Shown here: one piece after another, positions 14,098 to 24,948 of the stretch
How the letters are laid out: every line of letters begins with the position of its first letter
How positions within the stretch are numbered: position 1 is the first letter of the stretch
NCBI GenBank assembly: GCA_052426225.1
Contig: JBNJNM010000011.1
Span: 4,960,001 to 5,024,000 of the forward strand
Direction of reading: 5' to 3'
Length of the DNA stretch: 64,000 bases
From: Zancudomyces culisetae HAW-14-8
Lineage: Eukaryota > Fungi > Kickxellomycota
Notes under the pieces: generated by a model
What the model saw: the letters and a program-made list of their open reading frames with translations, nothing else
Told to the model about the DNA's origin: nothing
Database searches by the model: none
Translations under genes and position numbers: made by a program

Positions 14098-15707
14098 TGT
14101 TTTGTTTGAGCTAGGCTTACTAGAAATGTTTTTATGTGGCGAAAAGGGGACCAAGTGCACCCTGTGAGTTTTAAAAGGATATCAAGTTGACCGACTAAAA
14201 AAATAAAATAAATATAGAGAATCAAGACAACATAGTATTAACAATAAGCTGGGCGATAGTCGAATCAAACTTTGTAAAGAAAAAGGTAATAATTTTTATT
14301 TGATCTCTAAGTGACCCTGGGAGATAATGATTTGTGTTGTCCTCTTGGTATTTTTCGCATTGTTGTTCTCGTTGTTGTGGTTGTTTTTGTTGTTGCTGTG
14401 GGAGTGGGAAACAAAACTAAGAGGGTAAAGTGTATAAAATTGGTAAAAGGATAGTACCAGAGATGTTGATGTTAAGGGAAAAAAAAACAAACAACCTCTT
14501 TTCTCATTTCTCATTTCTCACCTCTCCTCCCTATCCCCCCAATATTTAATTTTAAAAGCGTGGGTGCGACTGCGGGGGCTTATGACTTTATACACACAAA
14601 AAAATACTTGGCAAAGTATACACAAGAACGCAGAAAATCCTTTTGCTAAATTGAGTTTGGAGAATGCAAAAAACGGAACGTTGGAATTTAGTGAGATGAT
14701 TATCAGTAAAGCTAATTTTTTTTTTAAAAAAGGTAAAATGAAAGTGAAAGGGGAAAAAGAGGTTGATGGGGATGGTCGGGAAAACTGTAAGAAAATGGCA
14801 GGAAAGTATGGGGTTGGCCAAATAAAATAGCGCTATTATTGTTCCGTTATGTAATTAGCAAGTGGATCAATTTTTGAGAGCAAAATTGTTATGATGATGT
14901 TTTATTGGGTAGCTTGTGACAAATCTTGAGTAAAGAAGAGGCAAATTAAATTTGAAGATTTTCAATCAAAGGTAGAGCACTTACGAATCGAGATGTTGAA
15001 ATAAAGGAGGAAAAAGTCATGAGGTGCAGAGGCTGTAAAGTGAGCCAAATTTATAAGAGGTTAGAAGTCAGCAAATAGAGAAAAGAGAGTTTAAAAAGCG
15101 TGACAGGCAAAATAAGAGCCAGAATTTGAAATGGGCAAAAATTTTACAAACAGGGGGAGGGTAATTACATAATTGAATTGGTGTGTTTAACGGGAATATT
15201 GGGCATTTTAGTCAGTATTTGAAATATTATTGCCAACAACAAAGAAAGATAGTGGGCTGAAAATTTTTGATTTATAACCCAAAAGGGAAAAGATAAAATT
15301 TAGGTGATGATGAATAATTATTAGTGACCAAAAAGGGGGGGAGCGGCCGAACGAAAAAGGACAAGTTTGGACGTCTTTTTCGTTCAAATATACTTTTTTC
15401 TTCTTCATGTATTCATGCTTTCATATTTTCGTCTTAACAATACAAAGAGCTCCAATAAATAACACATACGATACCAAATAAACATAGGAGGAGCTGGATA
15501 ATAGAAACAACACATAGATTCGAATTCAAGCATAGTTTACGAACTCAAAAGTAGACTAAAAAGAAGAAAAAACAGTAACAGCAACAACAACTAAGCGGGT
15601 GTATAAAAGAAGAGTGCGCTATTGATGAGCGAAAAAAAAAATAGCGGGCAAATTTCTAAATTGAAGCACAAGAATTCAAAGAGGTAAAGTGAGACAAAAA
15701 AGAAAGA

Positions 15708-18700
15708 ATGAATAAGGGTTTAGAAATGCTTGCAGAGGGAATGGGAATGAGTGGAATGGGAGGAATGGGGGCTAGCTATGATATAGAGGGGCTAGGATAT
15801 TTCGGGTATACAACCGGGGTACCAGACTTTGTAAAGAAACTGTTTCATATTTTGGAAAAAAACACACACAAGAACATAATATTTTGGGCAAAAGAAGGAA
15901 AGAGTTTTATAATAACTGAGCAGTCGATATTCTCAAAAGAAGTGTTACCACAGCACTTTAAACACAGCAACTTTGCATCCTTTGTACGACAGCTAAACAA
16001 ATACGATTTTCATAAAAAAAAGAGCAATGAAGAGAGTAGAGCGTATGGTGAAGGCATCTGGGAGTTTTACAATATCAATTTCCAACACAACAAACCAGAA
16101 CTACTTGCCAAAATCAAAAGGAAACAACCCACAAAAACTCGGAAAGGCGCGGCAGGTAAAGATGGCAAAACTAATGGAAAATTAGGAACAAGCACAGCAG
16201 CGGGAAAGGTGATAAAGGATGTAACCAAGGAACCGAGTAGGGGGATATCTTTTGGAGTTACAAACGAGCGAGAACCAGCAGCTTTGATGATGAATATGGG
16301 ACACGGAAAGAGCGTGGTGGAAAACAAACACAAGGATATTGGACAGCACGGGAATTTGATGAATTTAGATATTGATAGTCCTATGGGAGGAACCGATGAC
16401 CACAAAGAAGCGATCCAAAAGTTGATACAGGAAAACCGACATATTCTGAGTTATTTGAGTCAGCATTCAACTCATTCACAGACTTTGACAGATGAGATCA
16501 ACCGCATCAGAATTGAAAATAGCAAGATGAGGCGGTTGTTTAAGGATTTGACTGAATGTTTCTTTTCGGTAAAGAGGGAATTGGAGATTACCACAGCAAA
16601 AGTACTGAATCTTGGGGATTGTGAGAAACGAGTATTAGAGTTTTACAATTCGAAAAAAGAGGTTTCAGGAGAGATGTTTGGTTCGACATTTGGAAGTAGC
16701 ATAGTCAGTATTTCTGATGCTAGTATTGGCCATGTTGCTGGCAATAGTAATAGTAATATTAATAACAATAACAATAGTAATAGTAATAGTAACAATGGTG
16801 GTAACAATGGTGCAAGTTTAAATGAGAATATCAGTGGCAATGTTAGTTTTAGTGATCGTGTAAATCTCAATAACGCAACCAAAATCAAAACGAGTGTAGA
16901 TGCTAGTGCCAATGTTGGTATAAGCATTGATGGAAACAATCATAACAATAGTAATAAAAATGGTAGCAAAAACGGTAGTAATGATAGGAGTAACAAATTT
17001 AGTAATGACAACAGTAGCAGTAGTACTAGTATTAGTAACAGTAACAGTAACAGTAACAGTAATAGTAATAGTAACAGTAATAGTAATAGTAACAGCAGTA
17101 GCAATATCAGCAATAATGTTAGTAGACGCAGTGAGGGCTTGGGGTTAGATTTTATAAGAGAAATGCCAAACCGCCTGGTTGCATCAAAGGTACCGATTGA
17201 TAATAACCGGTCTCTGGGTTTGGATTTAGGTCTAGGTTTAGGTTTGGGCTTGCCTGCAGGTTCAACGAGTATTGGTAATCAAGATAATGCAGAAACTAAC
17301 CAAAACAATTTTGGTTCAACTGGCCATCCAATGCATCCACACGCTTCATCATCATCATCATCATCATTATCATCATCATCTCAGCCTATGGTATCTATTC
17401 CACTGGCATTCCATGCTATTTCAGAGAAAAGCGCATCTAAAAGGAAAATGAATGATATATCCAAGCTAGAGGGAATGATCAAACGCATTAAAGACAACAA
17501 AAAAGATGAAATGTCACCTCCAAGCACATCGCAGGTATCTGAAGAAGTTGACGAAAGGGGTAGTCTGGTTTGGGCAACACCGCCAAAAGTGTTGCTGGTT
17601 GATGATGATAAAATCACACGGTCGGTGGCTGGGCGGATGTTGGAGGTTTTGGGTTGTACTATAGATTTGGCAAACGACGGCAACGTTGCGGTAACCAAGA
17701 TGAATTCGCATCGCTACGACATTGTGTTGATGGATATTGTCATGCCGAACCTCGATGGACTATCGGCAACCACTTTTATCCGTATGTTCAATAAGATTAC
17801 TCCGATTATTAGTGTGACTTCCAAAGGCAACATTGGCGATCTGACCCAGTATTTCAACCAAGGAATGAATGAGGTTTTATCCAAACCTTTTACCAAGGGT
17901 CTAATCAAAAACATTTTGGAAAAATACTGTCATCAGAATCTCTACAACCCATCATTTGCCTCTGCCAATTCCCTGAATTTTAATTTTATAAATCCCAACT
18001 CGGCTGCGGCCGCTGCTTTTGCAAAGCAAAAGGCTATTTCTGGTATGCCCAATCCCAACAACAGTTTGACCATAGAGCTTGCTGGCAACTTTAACAATGT
18101 CTCTGCTGCACCCAATTCTGCTACTAATCCGCAGTTGATTTTTGGTTTTGACAATGCTTCTCAGCAGATTTTCAGAGCAAACTACCACCCAAACATCGAA
18201 AAGTTTGGTTCTACTGTTTATAGCAAGTTTCTAAGCCAAGGAAATCCCAACAACCCTTCCATTATTGAGGTTCCAACTCCCGCTAATTCTTCTGGCAACC
18301 CTGCTAATAACCTATCCATGGCTTCTCGGAACCCTGAAATTTCTTCTGCTGACCTTCACCACCCTTCCTCCTCCAACAATAAAAACAAAAACAACAACAA
18401 CAATAATAATAATAACAATAACGCTAATAATAATGCCAATAATAACAAAAACATTAGCAGCAACAATAGCGGCAGTAATAATAATAGTAACAACAACAAC
18501 AACAACAACAACAACAATAATAATAATAATAATAACCATCATCATGCATTACTCTCCTTTTCTCATAACAATTCATCGACATCATCAAATGATAACCAAA
18601 ACCCTTTATTAACTGATTTCTTCAGCTCAGCTGGTGCCTCCACCACCAACACATCCGCCACTACAGGTGCATCTATGACAAACAGCAACATCAACAATGG

Positions 18701-18767
18701 CGGTAACAACAATGGTAACACCAGTGTCAACAATACTTCATACTTTGATATAAATAATTTTATGTAA
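15708..18767 (+). CDS. SKN7: Skn7/Prr1-type response regulator transcription factor (HSF DNA-binding domain + coiled coil + receiver domain)
   Basis: HSF domain (FVKKLF...LPQHFKHSNFASFVRQLNKYDFHK) and receiver domain (VLLVDDD...YDIVLMDIVMPNLDG...SVTS...KPF) with intact phospho-acceptor Asp. Intronless 1019 aa. Confidence 0.93.
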   Translation: MNKGLEMLAEGMGMSGMGGMGASYDIEGLGYFGYTTGVPDFVKKLFHILEKNTHKNIIFWAKEGKSFIITEQSIFSKEVLPQHFKHSNFASFVRQLNKYDFHKKKSNEESRAYGEGIWEFYNINFQHNKPELLAKIKRKQPTKTRKGAAGKDGKTNGKLGTSTAAGKVIKDVTKEPSRGISFGVTNEREPAALMMNMGHGKSVVENKHKDIGQHGNLMNLDIDSPMGGTDDHKEAIQKLIQENRHILSYLSQHSTHSQTLTDEINRIRIENSKMRRLFKDLTECFFSVKRELEITTAKVLNLGDCEKRVLEFYNSKKEVSGEMFGSTFGSSIVSISDASIGHVAGNSNSNINNNNNSNSNSNNGGNNGASLNENISGNVSFSDRVNLNNATKIKTSVDASANVGISIDGNNHNNSNKNGSKNGSNDRSNKFSNDNSSSSTSISNSNSNSNSNSNSNSNSNSNSSSNISNNVSRRSEGLGLDFIREMPNRLVASKVPIDNNRSLGLDLGLGLGLGLPAGSTSIGNQDNAETNQNNFGSTGHPMHPHASSSSSSSLSSSSQPMVSIPLAFHAISEKSASKRKMNDISKLEGMIKRIKDNKKDEMSPPSTSQVSEEVDERGSLVWATPPKVLLVDDDKITRSVAGRMLEVLGCTIDLANDGNVAVTKMNSHRYDIVLMDIVMPNLDGLSATTFIRMFNKITPIISVTSKGNIGDLTQYFNQGMNEVLSKPFTKGLIKNILEKYCHQNLYNPSFASANSLNFNFINPNSAAAAAFAKQKAISGMPNPNNSLTIELAGNFNNVSAAPNSATNPQLIFGFDNASQQIFRANYHPNIEKFGSTVYSKFLSQGNPNNPSIIEVPTPANSSGNPANNLSMASRNPEISSADLHHPSSSNNKNKNNNNNNNNNNNANNNANNNKNISSNNSGSNNNSNNNNNNNNNNNNNNNNHHHALLSFSHNNSSTSSNDNQNPLLTDFFSSAGASTTNTSATTGASMTNSNINNGGNNNGNTSVNNTSYFDINNFM

Positions 18768-18770
18768 TAA

Positions 18771-19035
18771 CCCCCCCCCCCCCCCCCCCAGAGTGTTAAA
18801 AACTCGTACTAGTTGTTTTATTTGATTCCATTTACATTTACATTTATATTTATATTTATATTTATATTTATATTTATATTTGCATTTGCATTTACACTTA
18901 TTTCTTTTAATATATATATTTATTTAAATCATTTTCTCTTCTCCCCTCGCCTCTCACCATCTTTCCCTCCCCTCTCACCATCTTTCCCTCCTTTCCCCTA
19001 CTTCCCTCCTTTCCTCTACTTCCCTCCTTTCCCCT
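18771..19035. repeat. Simple-repeat block: C19 run, (TTTATA/TTTACA/TTTGCA)n and CT-rich tandem units
   Basis: Poly-C 18771-18789, hexamer array about 18831-18896, then ctctcaccatctttccctcc x2 and ctacttccctcctttc x2. Confidence 0.8.
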
Positions 19036-19219
19036 ATAAACACACTTTATATTCCATGTTTATATAACATTTATTTGATCTATAAAAGAAAAAATCTTTA
19101 TTATTATTATTTTTTTCCAATTATAAAAAAAAAAAAAGTTTATATAAATAAATGTAATACACGTTTATGTAAAAAGTATATATGTATATAGATATATTAT
19201 ATGTAAATATAAAATATGA

Positions 19220-20929
19220 TTAAATTGGGTTTTGGATTCTGAAAAACCGTTGGAGTTTATTGGCCTTGTAGGCAATTCTAGCCCTAAAGTCATTTTGTCT
19301 CCTGGATTCCTTGAATGTCTTATTGTCTCGCCAGTGTACTTTGCCATTTGGAAGTGACAAAACCAAATCCTTGGAATTTGTATCTCTTGTTCCAGCGACT
19401 GGAACCAAATACGATCCTGATGATGAAAGTGGTAAAGGATTCGAGCTATATACTGTAACTTGGTTACCATCTTCGTCAACTCCAACTTGGGCGGAACCTG
19501 CCACTGTTCTTCTGTTTCGTCTACCCCGCACTTGTCTGTCATCTTGGTCTTCACCATCTTCATCTTGGTTAGAGGCTGTCAAGTTCTGTTTGTAGTATCT
19601 GTGGAGTGCTCGGTGTCCAATTCTGACACCTGATGGTAGTACCAACTCTCCATCCTCTTCGCGTAACATCGATGCTGCTGGAATCGCGCGGTTGGCTGCA
19701 CTTGTTTCATAAATATCATAATCTTCATCCTCTACTCCCTCCTCTCCCTGAGAATTACCAAGATAGTCTGGATACGATGAACTAAAGTCATAGAAATCAC
19801 TGACTTCCATAATATCAACCTCCTCGTCATACGCAATCTTGCAGTGTCCCATATCATCCATATGCTTCCTAACTGCTTCCAGACTTCGTTTGCTTCCTCC
19901 TCCTTTGCCTCGGTTGGAATTTCCATTACAGTACAAACATACATTTGCTACTGTAATTTTCTCGCCTAGGTATTCAATCAACCCTTCCAAATCTACCAAA
20001 TACTCAATATCTGGAATAAAGAATGAATGCTCGCTCCGCATATGCTCCATGTTTTTCTCCAATCCACCAGAACTGCGCACATCACAAAACAGACAGTCCT
20101 CAAGCGTCAGTCGCCGTGCTACTGCCATTTTCTTTTCAATCAATGCGAGAATCTCCGCCTCACTCTTGGCGTTGTCTAGCTGTCGGTTGATCTCTTTTTC
20201 TTGAATTTGATGTTTGCGAATCTCCTGAGCCAACAATTCCTTTTCTGAAAGTGTGCTGCTGTTGTTATTTTTTTCGTTATTGTTTGCTTGTTGGCTTTGT
20301 TTATCATCACCACCATTTGTAGTCGTGAGTTTTTGGGTAGTTTCAGTCTGCTCTCCTTCTCCTTCTCCCTCTTCCTCTTCTTCTTCACTATCTGGGAATT
20401 CCTTGTCATCCATTTCCTCTCCACCCACACTCTCCTGGTTTTTCTTTTTGCTCTCCATATCACCAACAACTCCTGCATTTACACCACCCTCATTCTCTAC
20501 TTTATCTCCTCCCTCAACGACCTCCATCATTGCTAACCGTTCCTCCTCCCTCTGCATCTTCCTAAGCATTTCCTGCTCCGCTGTCAAATGCTTCTTGGAC
20601 CGTAAATGGTCTGTAAACATATTTTCTGAATAATACTTGCGGTTGTTACATACCTGGCACGCCGCAAAATACCCATTGGAGGGAATTCCAAGCTGTTTGT
20701 TCTTGTTCTTGTTTTTGCGTGTAGCTTTCTCAAGTTCCTCCAACTCCTTGGCCTGCTGCGCAAGAACTCGCTGTGCAAACGCCTCAGCGCTCACTGGTGG
20801 CAGCTGTACTACCTTGCGTTTTAGATTGTACCGATGCCAATCGGTTTGGTAGTGTTGTCGCTGCTGCTCTGGTGAATGGAATGCCACCTGGCACGAAATA
20901 CATGTAAATAATGTTGCTGAATCCCCCAT
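19220..20929 (-). CDS. REI1: Rei1/Reh1/ZNF622 cytoplasmic pre-60S maturation factor
   Basis: FTCISCQVAF...HYQTDWHRYNLKRKV, CLFC...HMRSEHSFFIPDIEYLVDLEGLIEYLGEK, CLYC, ELVLPSG.RIGHR..RYYKQ. Confidence 0.93.
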   Translation of the reverse strand: MGDSATLFTCISCQVAFHSPEQQRQHYQTDWHRYNLKRKVVQLPPVSAEAFAQRVLAQQAKELEELEKATRKNKNKNKQLGIPSNGYFAACQVCNNRKYYSENMFTDHLRSKKHLTAEQEMLRKMQREEERLAMMEVVEGGDKVENEGGVNAGVVGDMESKKKNQESVGGEEMDDKEFPDSEEEEEEGEGEGEQTETTQKLTTTNGGDDKQSQQANNNEKNNNSSTLSEKELLAQEIRKHQIQEKEINRQLDNAKSEAEILALIEKKMAVARRLTLEDCLFCDVRSSGGLEKNMEHMRSEHSFFIPDIEYLVDLEGLIEYLGEKITVANVCLYCNGNSNRGKGGGSKRSLEAVRKHMDDMGHCKIAYDEEVDIMEVSDFYDFSSSYPDYLGNSQGEEGVEDEDYDIYETSAANRAIPAASMLREEDGELVLPSGVRIGHRALHRYYKQNLTASNQDEDGEDQDDRQVRGRRNRRTVAGSAQVGVDEDGNQVTVYSSNPLPLSSSGSYLVPVAGTRDTNSKDLVLSLPNGKVHWRDNKTFKESRRQNDFRARIAYKANKLQRFFRIQNPI

Positions 20930-21320
20930 TTTGCCGTATTTTATTGTACTGTCCTGTTTTTGTGTGTTGTCTTTTCTCGGGTCTATTAAGATTTGAATTT
21001 ATTCGATTTTCGGTAATAGATTGTTATTTGATAAATATAAAGAAAATTAGTTTGTATATTATCCTCTATTTCTTTCTTTTCTTTTACACTTAGAAAAATG
21101 ACTATTTATCTACTTTGTTGTCTTTTTTTTTTGTATATATAATAACTTATCGTCTACTCTTTACTCCTTTGATATATTTACAAGGATCTTTTTTATAAAA
21201 AAAAGAAATGAAAATGAAATTTCTCTAACGATCTGATCAACTAAACTTGGTTTTGTCTTGACATCACGTACGCTAATATATACTCAAGCTTTTTTTTTTT
21301 AATTTTTTTTTTTGGATGCA

Positions 21321-21340
21321 AAAATTGAAAATTTTTTTTT
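21321..21340. promoter_or_regulatory. RRPE-like element (TGAAAATTTT) upstream of REI1
   Basis: aaaattgaaaattttttttt resembles the fungal ribosome-biogenesis RRPE consensus and lies upstream of a ribosome-biogenesis gene. Background is AT-rich. Confidence 0.35.
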
Positions 21341-22436
21341 TCCTTAGCTTTTCCAATAAATGATTAGTAATAATTTTATTCATTTTTGGGTAAAGCGTGC
21401 TTGTTTTTCCCACATGACTAGTAATTGTTACTGCGCAATTTTTCATTTTTATTTTTTTTTGGCAAAGGAACAATGAGGGGGGGGGAAAGAAGGGACAGTG
21501 GAAGATGGGAATTTTCTTCAAAGTAAAATTTGCCAAAAAAAGTCGAATTTTTTTTCCTTTTTTTTTATGAGATCAAAGCGCAGTACATGAAATGTAGAGG
21601 CCAAAAAAAAAAACAACCAATTAAACGCTATTTTGAATCCTGTTGGTGTAAAGCTCAGTCAGCTGACTAATATGTCAATGTTTGTTTGCGCTTTTCCTCT
21701 CTTTTTACTCCTCCCTCCCACTACTTTTTCGCTTTTTCACTTTTCTCGTACAACCTCTTCAATCATTGCTCTCCCATCAAAAAGGAATTTCGGCAAAATG
21801 TAGTATAATATGTGGTGTATCAAGTAAGCAAATCTATTTTCGTGGTGGTGGTACATTCATCAGTTCTAAATGTAAAGGAATTACTGTACCTGAAAGACCC
21901 CCCCCTAGATGCATTTTTCTCGCCTCTTGCTTTTATTTTTACCACCTTGATACCCGCCACCTTATAGATGCAAAGATGTTTTAGATGGCTTTTCTTGTAG
22001 TTTTGAATGCTCTAAACCTACGCAGCGAACTACGCAGCGAAAAATAATCAGAAAAAAAAAAAAGATATAGAGTAGGTGAGGTGGTTAAGTAATAACACAA
22101 GTTATTGGATAAAGCAATCTACCTTGAAATCATCAGAGTTTTTGGTTTTATACTTTGTTACATGATAGTTGCCCAATAAAACAAATGCGTAAATTTTTTC
22201 GAAATCATCAGTGTTTTTTATTTTTTATTTTTATTTTTTTGGTTGATATTGAATGGGTTTGAAGTTTGTAGATTGGTGAGGGAAGTTTTTGTTAAACAAT
22301 AGTTTTATTGAGTGTTACTATTTATTTTTTTTTGTTGTTGTTGTTGTTGATGGATTCCAAGTACATTTACACACCAACCCAACTTAGAAATAATACAAGC
22401 ATATGAACGATACCTATAGCACAAGGATACCAAAAT

Positions 22437-24813
22437 ATGACCGAGCTAAAAACGTTTGACTCCCCAGAAGGAGCATGGGTGCTTCTAACCGAATTAAATG
22501 CCAGCTCGATCGCAAACCAAATCACCCCCAAATTAAATACCGAATTGCCATTTGAACCTCGCCCAAAACCGATAACCGCACTTGTAAAAGGTGAAGCAAC
22601 AACCGGACTAGAGCATAGCTCTTCTCTATCCCCTCGTGCCGGATCCTCTCCAATGTCTGGCACCGCAAATAGCCCCAACACCTCTGGTTCTGGCCAAACT
22701 AACTCTACCCGTGGTTTGGCTAAAGGCTTTAGAAGTGGTGTGTTTTCGGCTGGTGGAATGTTGGTCTATACTGACCCCACTACCTACTCCAGCAGCAGTT
22801 CTCGCGAAAACATTGTCAACATGACCGCTACCGGCAAAATGATTGATAACCCGACCCACTTCACCATTCTTGGTGCCCCATACAAACAAATTGCTGGAAC
22901 TAATGCTACTAGTAAGTACTTTTATCTTTTATTTCTTTTAAAAAGAATTATAACCTTGTATCATGTTTCTCTCCTTTGTTCTTGTCATCTTGAACATACA
23001 ACGCTTGCAAATTCTCTGTACTACTTGTAAATTTTTAAAGTAAATCTAAAACAAAACAAAACAAGAAAAAGCACAGAATATATCGAATTGTGCGACAAGG
23101 CTCTAACTTTTAATTTTTAAATGCACGTACTATAGAGGGCAATCCCATTCTCAACCTCCAAGACATTGGCAAAAAGATGGGCAACATCTCTGGAAGTAAG
23201 TAACTGTTCCCCTCCCCCCCCCCCCCACACACACAAAGACCCTTTTAAACTAATTTTATTTGGTTGGTTTAATTAAAACCACATATCTCAAACCATGCAA
23301 TAAAACAGTATCAATTTGACTTTTCTATTTCTTACTAGAAACGGGTACTCTGCAATCAATACATGAATTTGCAAGGGTAAAGGCTGGGTTTACAGACGAA
23401 AAATCGAAAAAGGCAACAGAAAAAAACGACTCTTCAGCCGATTCGAAAGCTGAAGAAAAATCGAGCAAAGAGAAGGACTCGGCAAGAGGAATAGTTACAA
23501 GAGCAAAGTCGAGCTTTGTGCAGCGGATAGTCCAGGCAAGCAATATAGGGAACTGGCTAACAGCAGCTGACCAGCAAACCGTATTTATCTTTCTCAATGC
23601 CAGTAGAACTTTTCTTTGGTCAGGAACGCGGTCGGATCATGAGGGTGATCAGCAGCTACTGTCAAGAATGGATCTTAGCTACAATACACCAACCTGCCAC
23701 GACGTAAACCCACTAACTAGAACAACCTCAAAGTTGGAATTGGTCCTTGGCTTCGAGACGGGTGATTTGCTTTGTTACGATGCGTTGCAGTGCAAGTATG
23801 AGCGGATGAACAAGGCTCGCGAAAATGACTGGCCAATCACCAAGGTCAAGTGGATTCCGGGATCCGAAACCCGGTTTGTGGCGGCTACTAAAGACGGGTA
23901 CTTAATGACCTTAGATCGAGCAAAAGGCACGTGGAATTTTCCAAAAATATCTTCTGATCCTACTCAGCATGGCGGCTGCACTTCGAATAGAACACCAATT
24001 CCCGACTTTTTCCAGTGCTTAACTGAGCCCAACCGACAGTCGAACCCAATAAACCTGTTCCATATAAGTAATGAGGCTATAACCGACGTTTCATTTTCGC
24101 CTGATTGTCAGCACGTAGCACTGGTTGGTGAAGATGGGTATCTCCGCATCTTTGATTACGTTCAAAACAAGCTGCGAGACGTTTTCCAGTCGTACTTCGG
24201 CGGGTTCACTTGTGTATGTTGGAGTGGCGATGGCAGATACATCTTGACGGGTGGCAAAGACGACCTGGTGTCCGTTTGGAGCTTCCACGACCGAACACTT
24301 GTGGCTCGCTGCCAGGGTCACAAATCCTGGGTTCGAGGGGTTGCCTTTGACAATTTCATGTATGCAAATGAGGGTGAGTATCGCTTTGGTTCGGTAGGAG
24401 AAGATAATATGTTGCTATTCTGGGATTTTTCGATGCGCTCCCTGATCCGCCCCCAAAACCTGGTTTCCAACACATTTTTTAACAATTCCAACGAATCCAC
24501 CCTTTCAACAAAGGGGGTTAAATTATCGGTGTATTCGCCAAATTTGACAAGTTCCACCAACATTTGCAATACTACAAACAATGTTGGTACTGGCAACGAA
24601 AGCGACAAAAACAACAGCAACAACAACGACAGCAATACAACCTCCCTCGAAACAATAATTCATCCTCTGGCTTCACGTGACGAAGTGTCTACTCTTTTTC
24701 CTGTTGTTTCTGTTGCTGCTCACGGTGCACCCATTTGTAATATCCAATTTAGTAAATCTTGGGTAGCCACCGCTTGCAAGCATGGAATCATCAAAATATG
24801 GAAACGACCTTGA
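22437..24813 (+). CDS. creC: WD40 protein CreC/WDR20 (deubiquitinase-complex subunit), 3 exons
   Basis: Exons 22437-22911, 23136-23185, 23339-24813 splice in frame. PTCHDVN, SYFGGFTCVCWSGDGRYILTGGKDDLVSVW, VARCQGHKSWV, YRFGSVGED. N-terminal F.SPEG.W.L as in WDR20. Start codon is less certain. Confidence 0.88.
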
Positions 24814-24886
24814 ATTACCCATACACTTGTATATTCCATCATCTATTCTGGAAATTAAATTTTATCAAGTTATAATGTGTTATTTG

Positions 24887-24948
24887 ATTTTTATTTTTAT
24901 TTTTATTTTTATTTTTATTTTTATTTTTATTTTTATTTTTATTTTTTT
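24887..24948. repeat. (TTTTTA)n microsatellite in creC 3' region
   Basis: About 10 tandem ATTTTT units. Confidence 0.85.
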
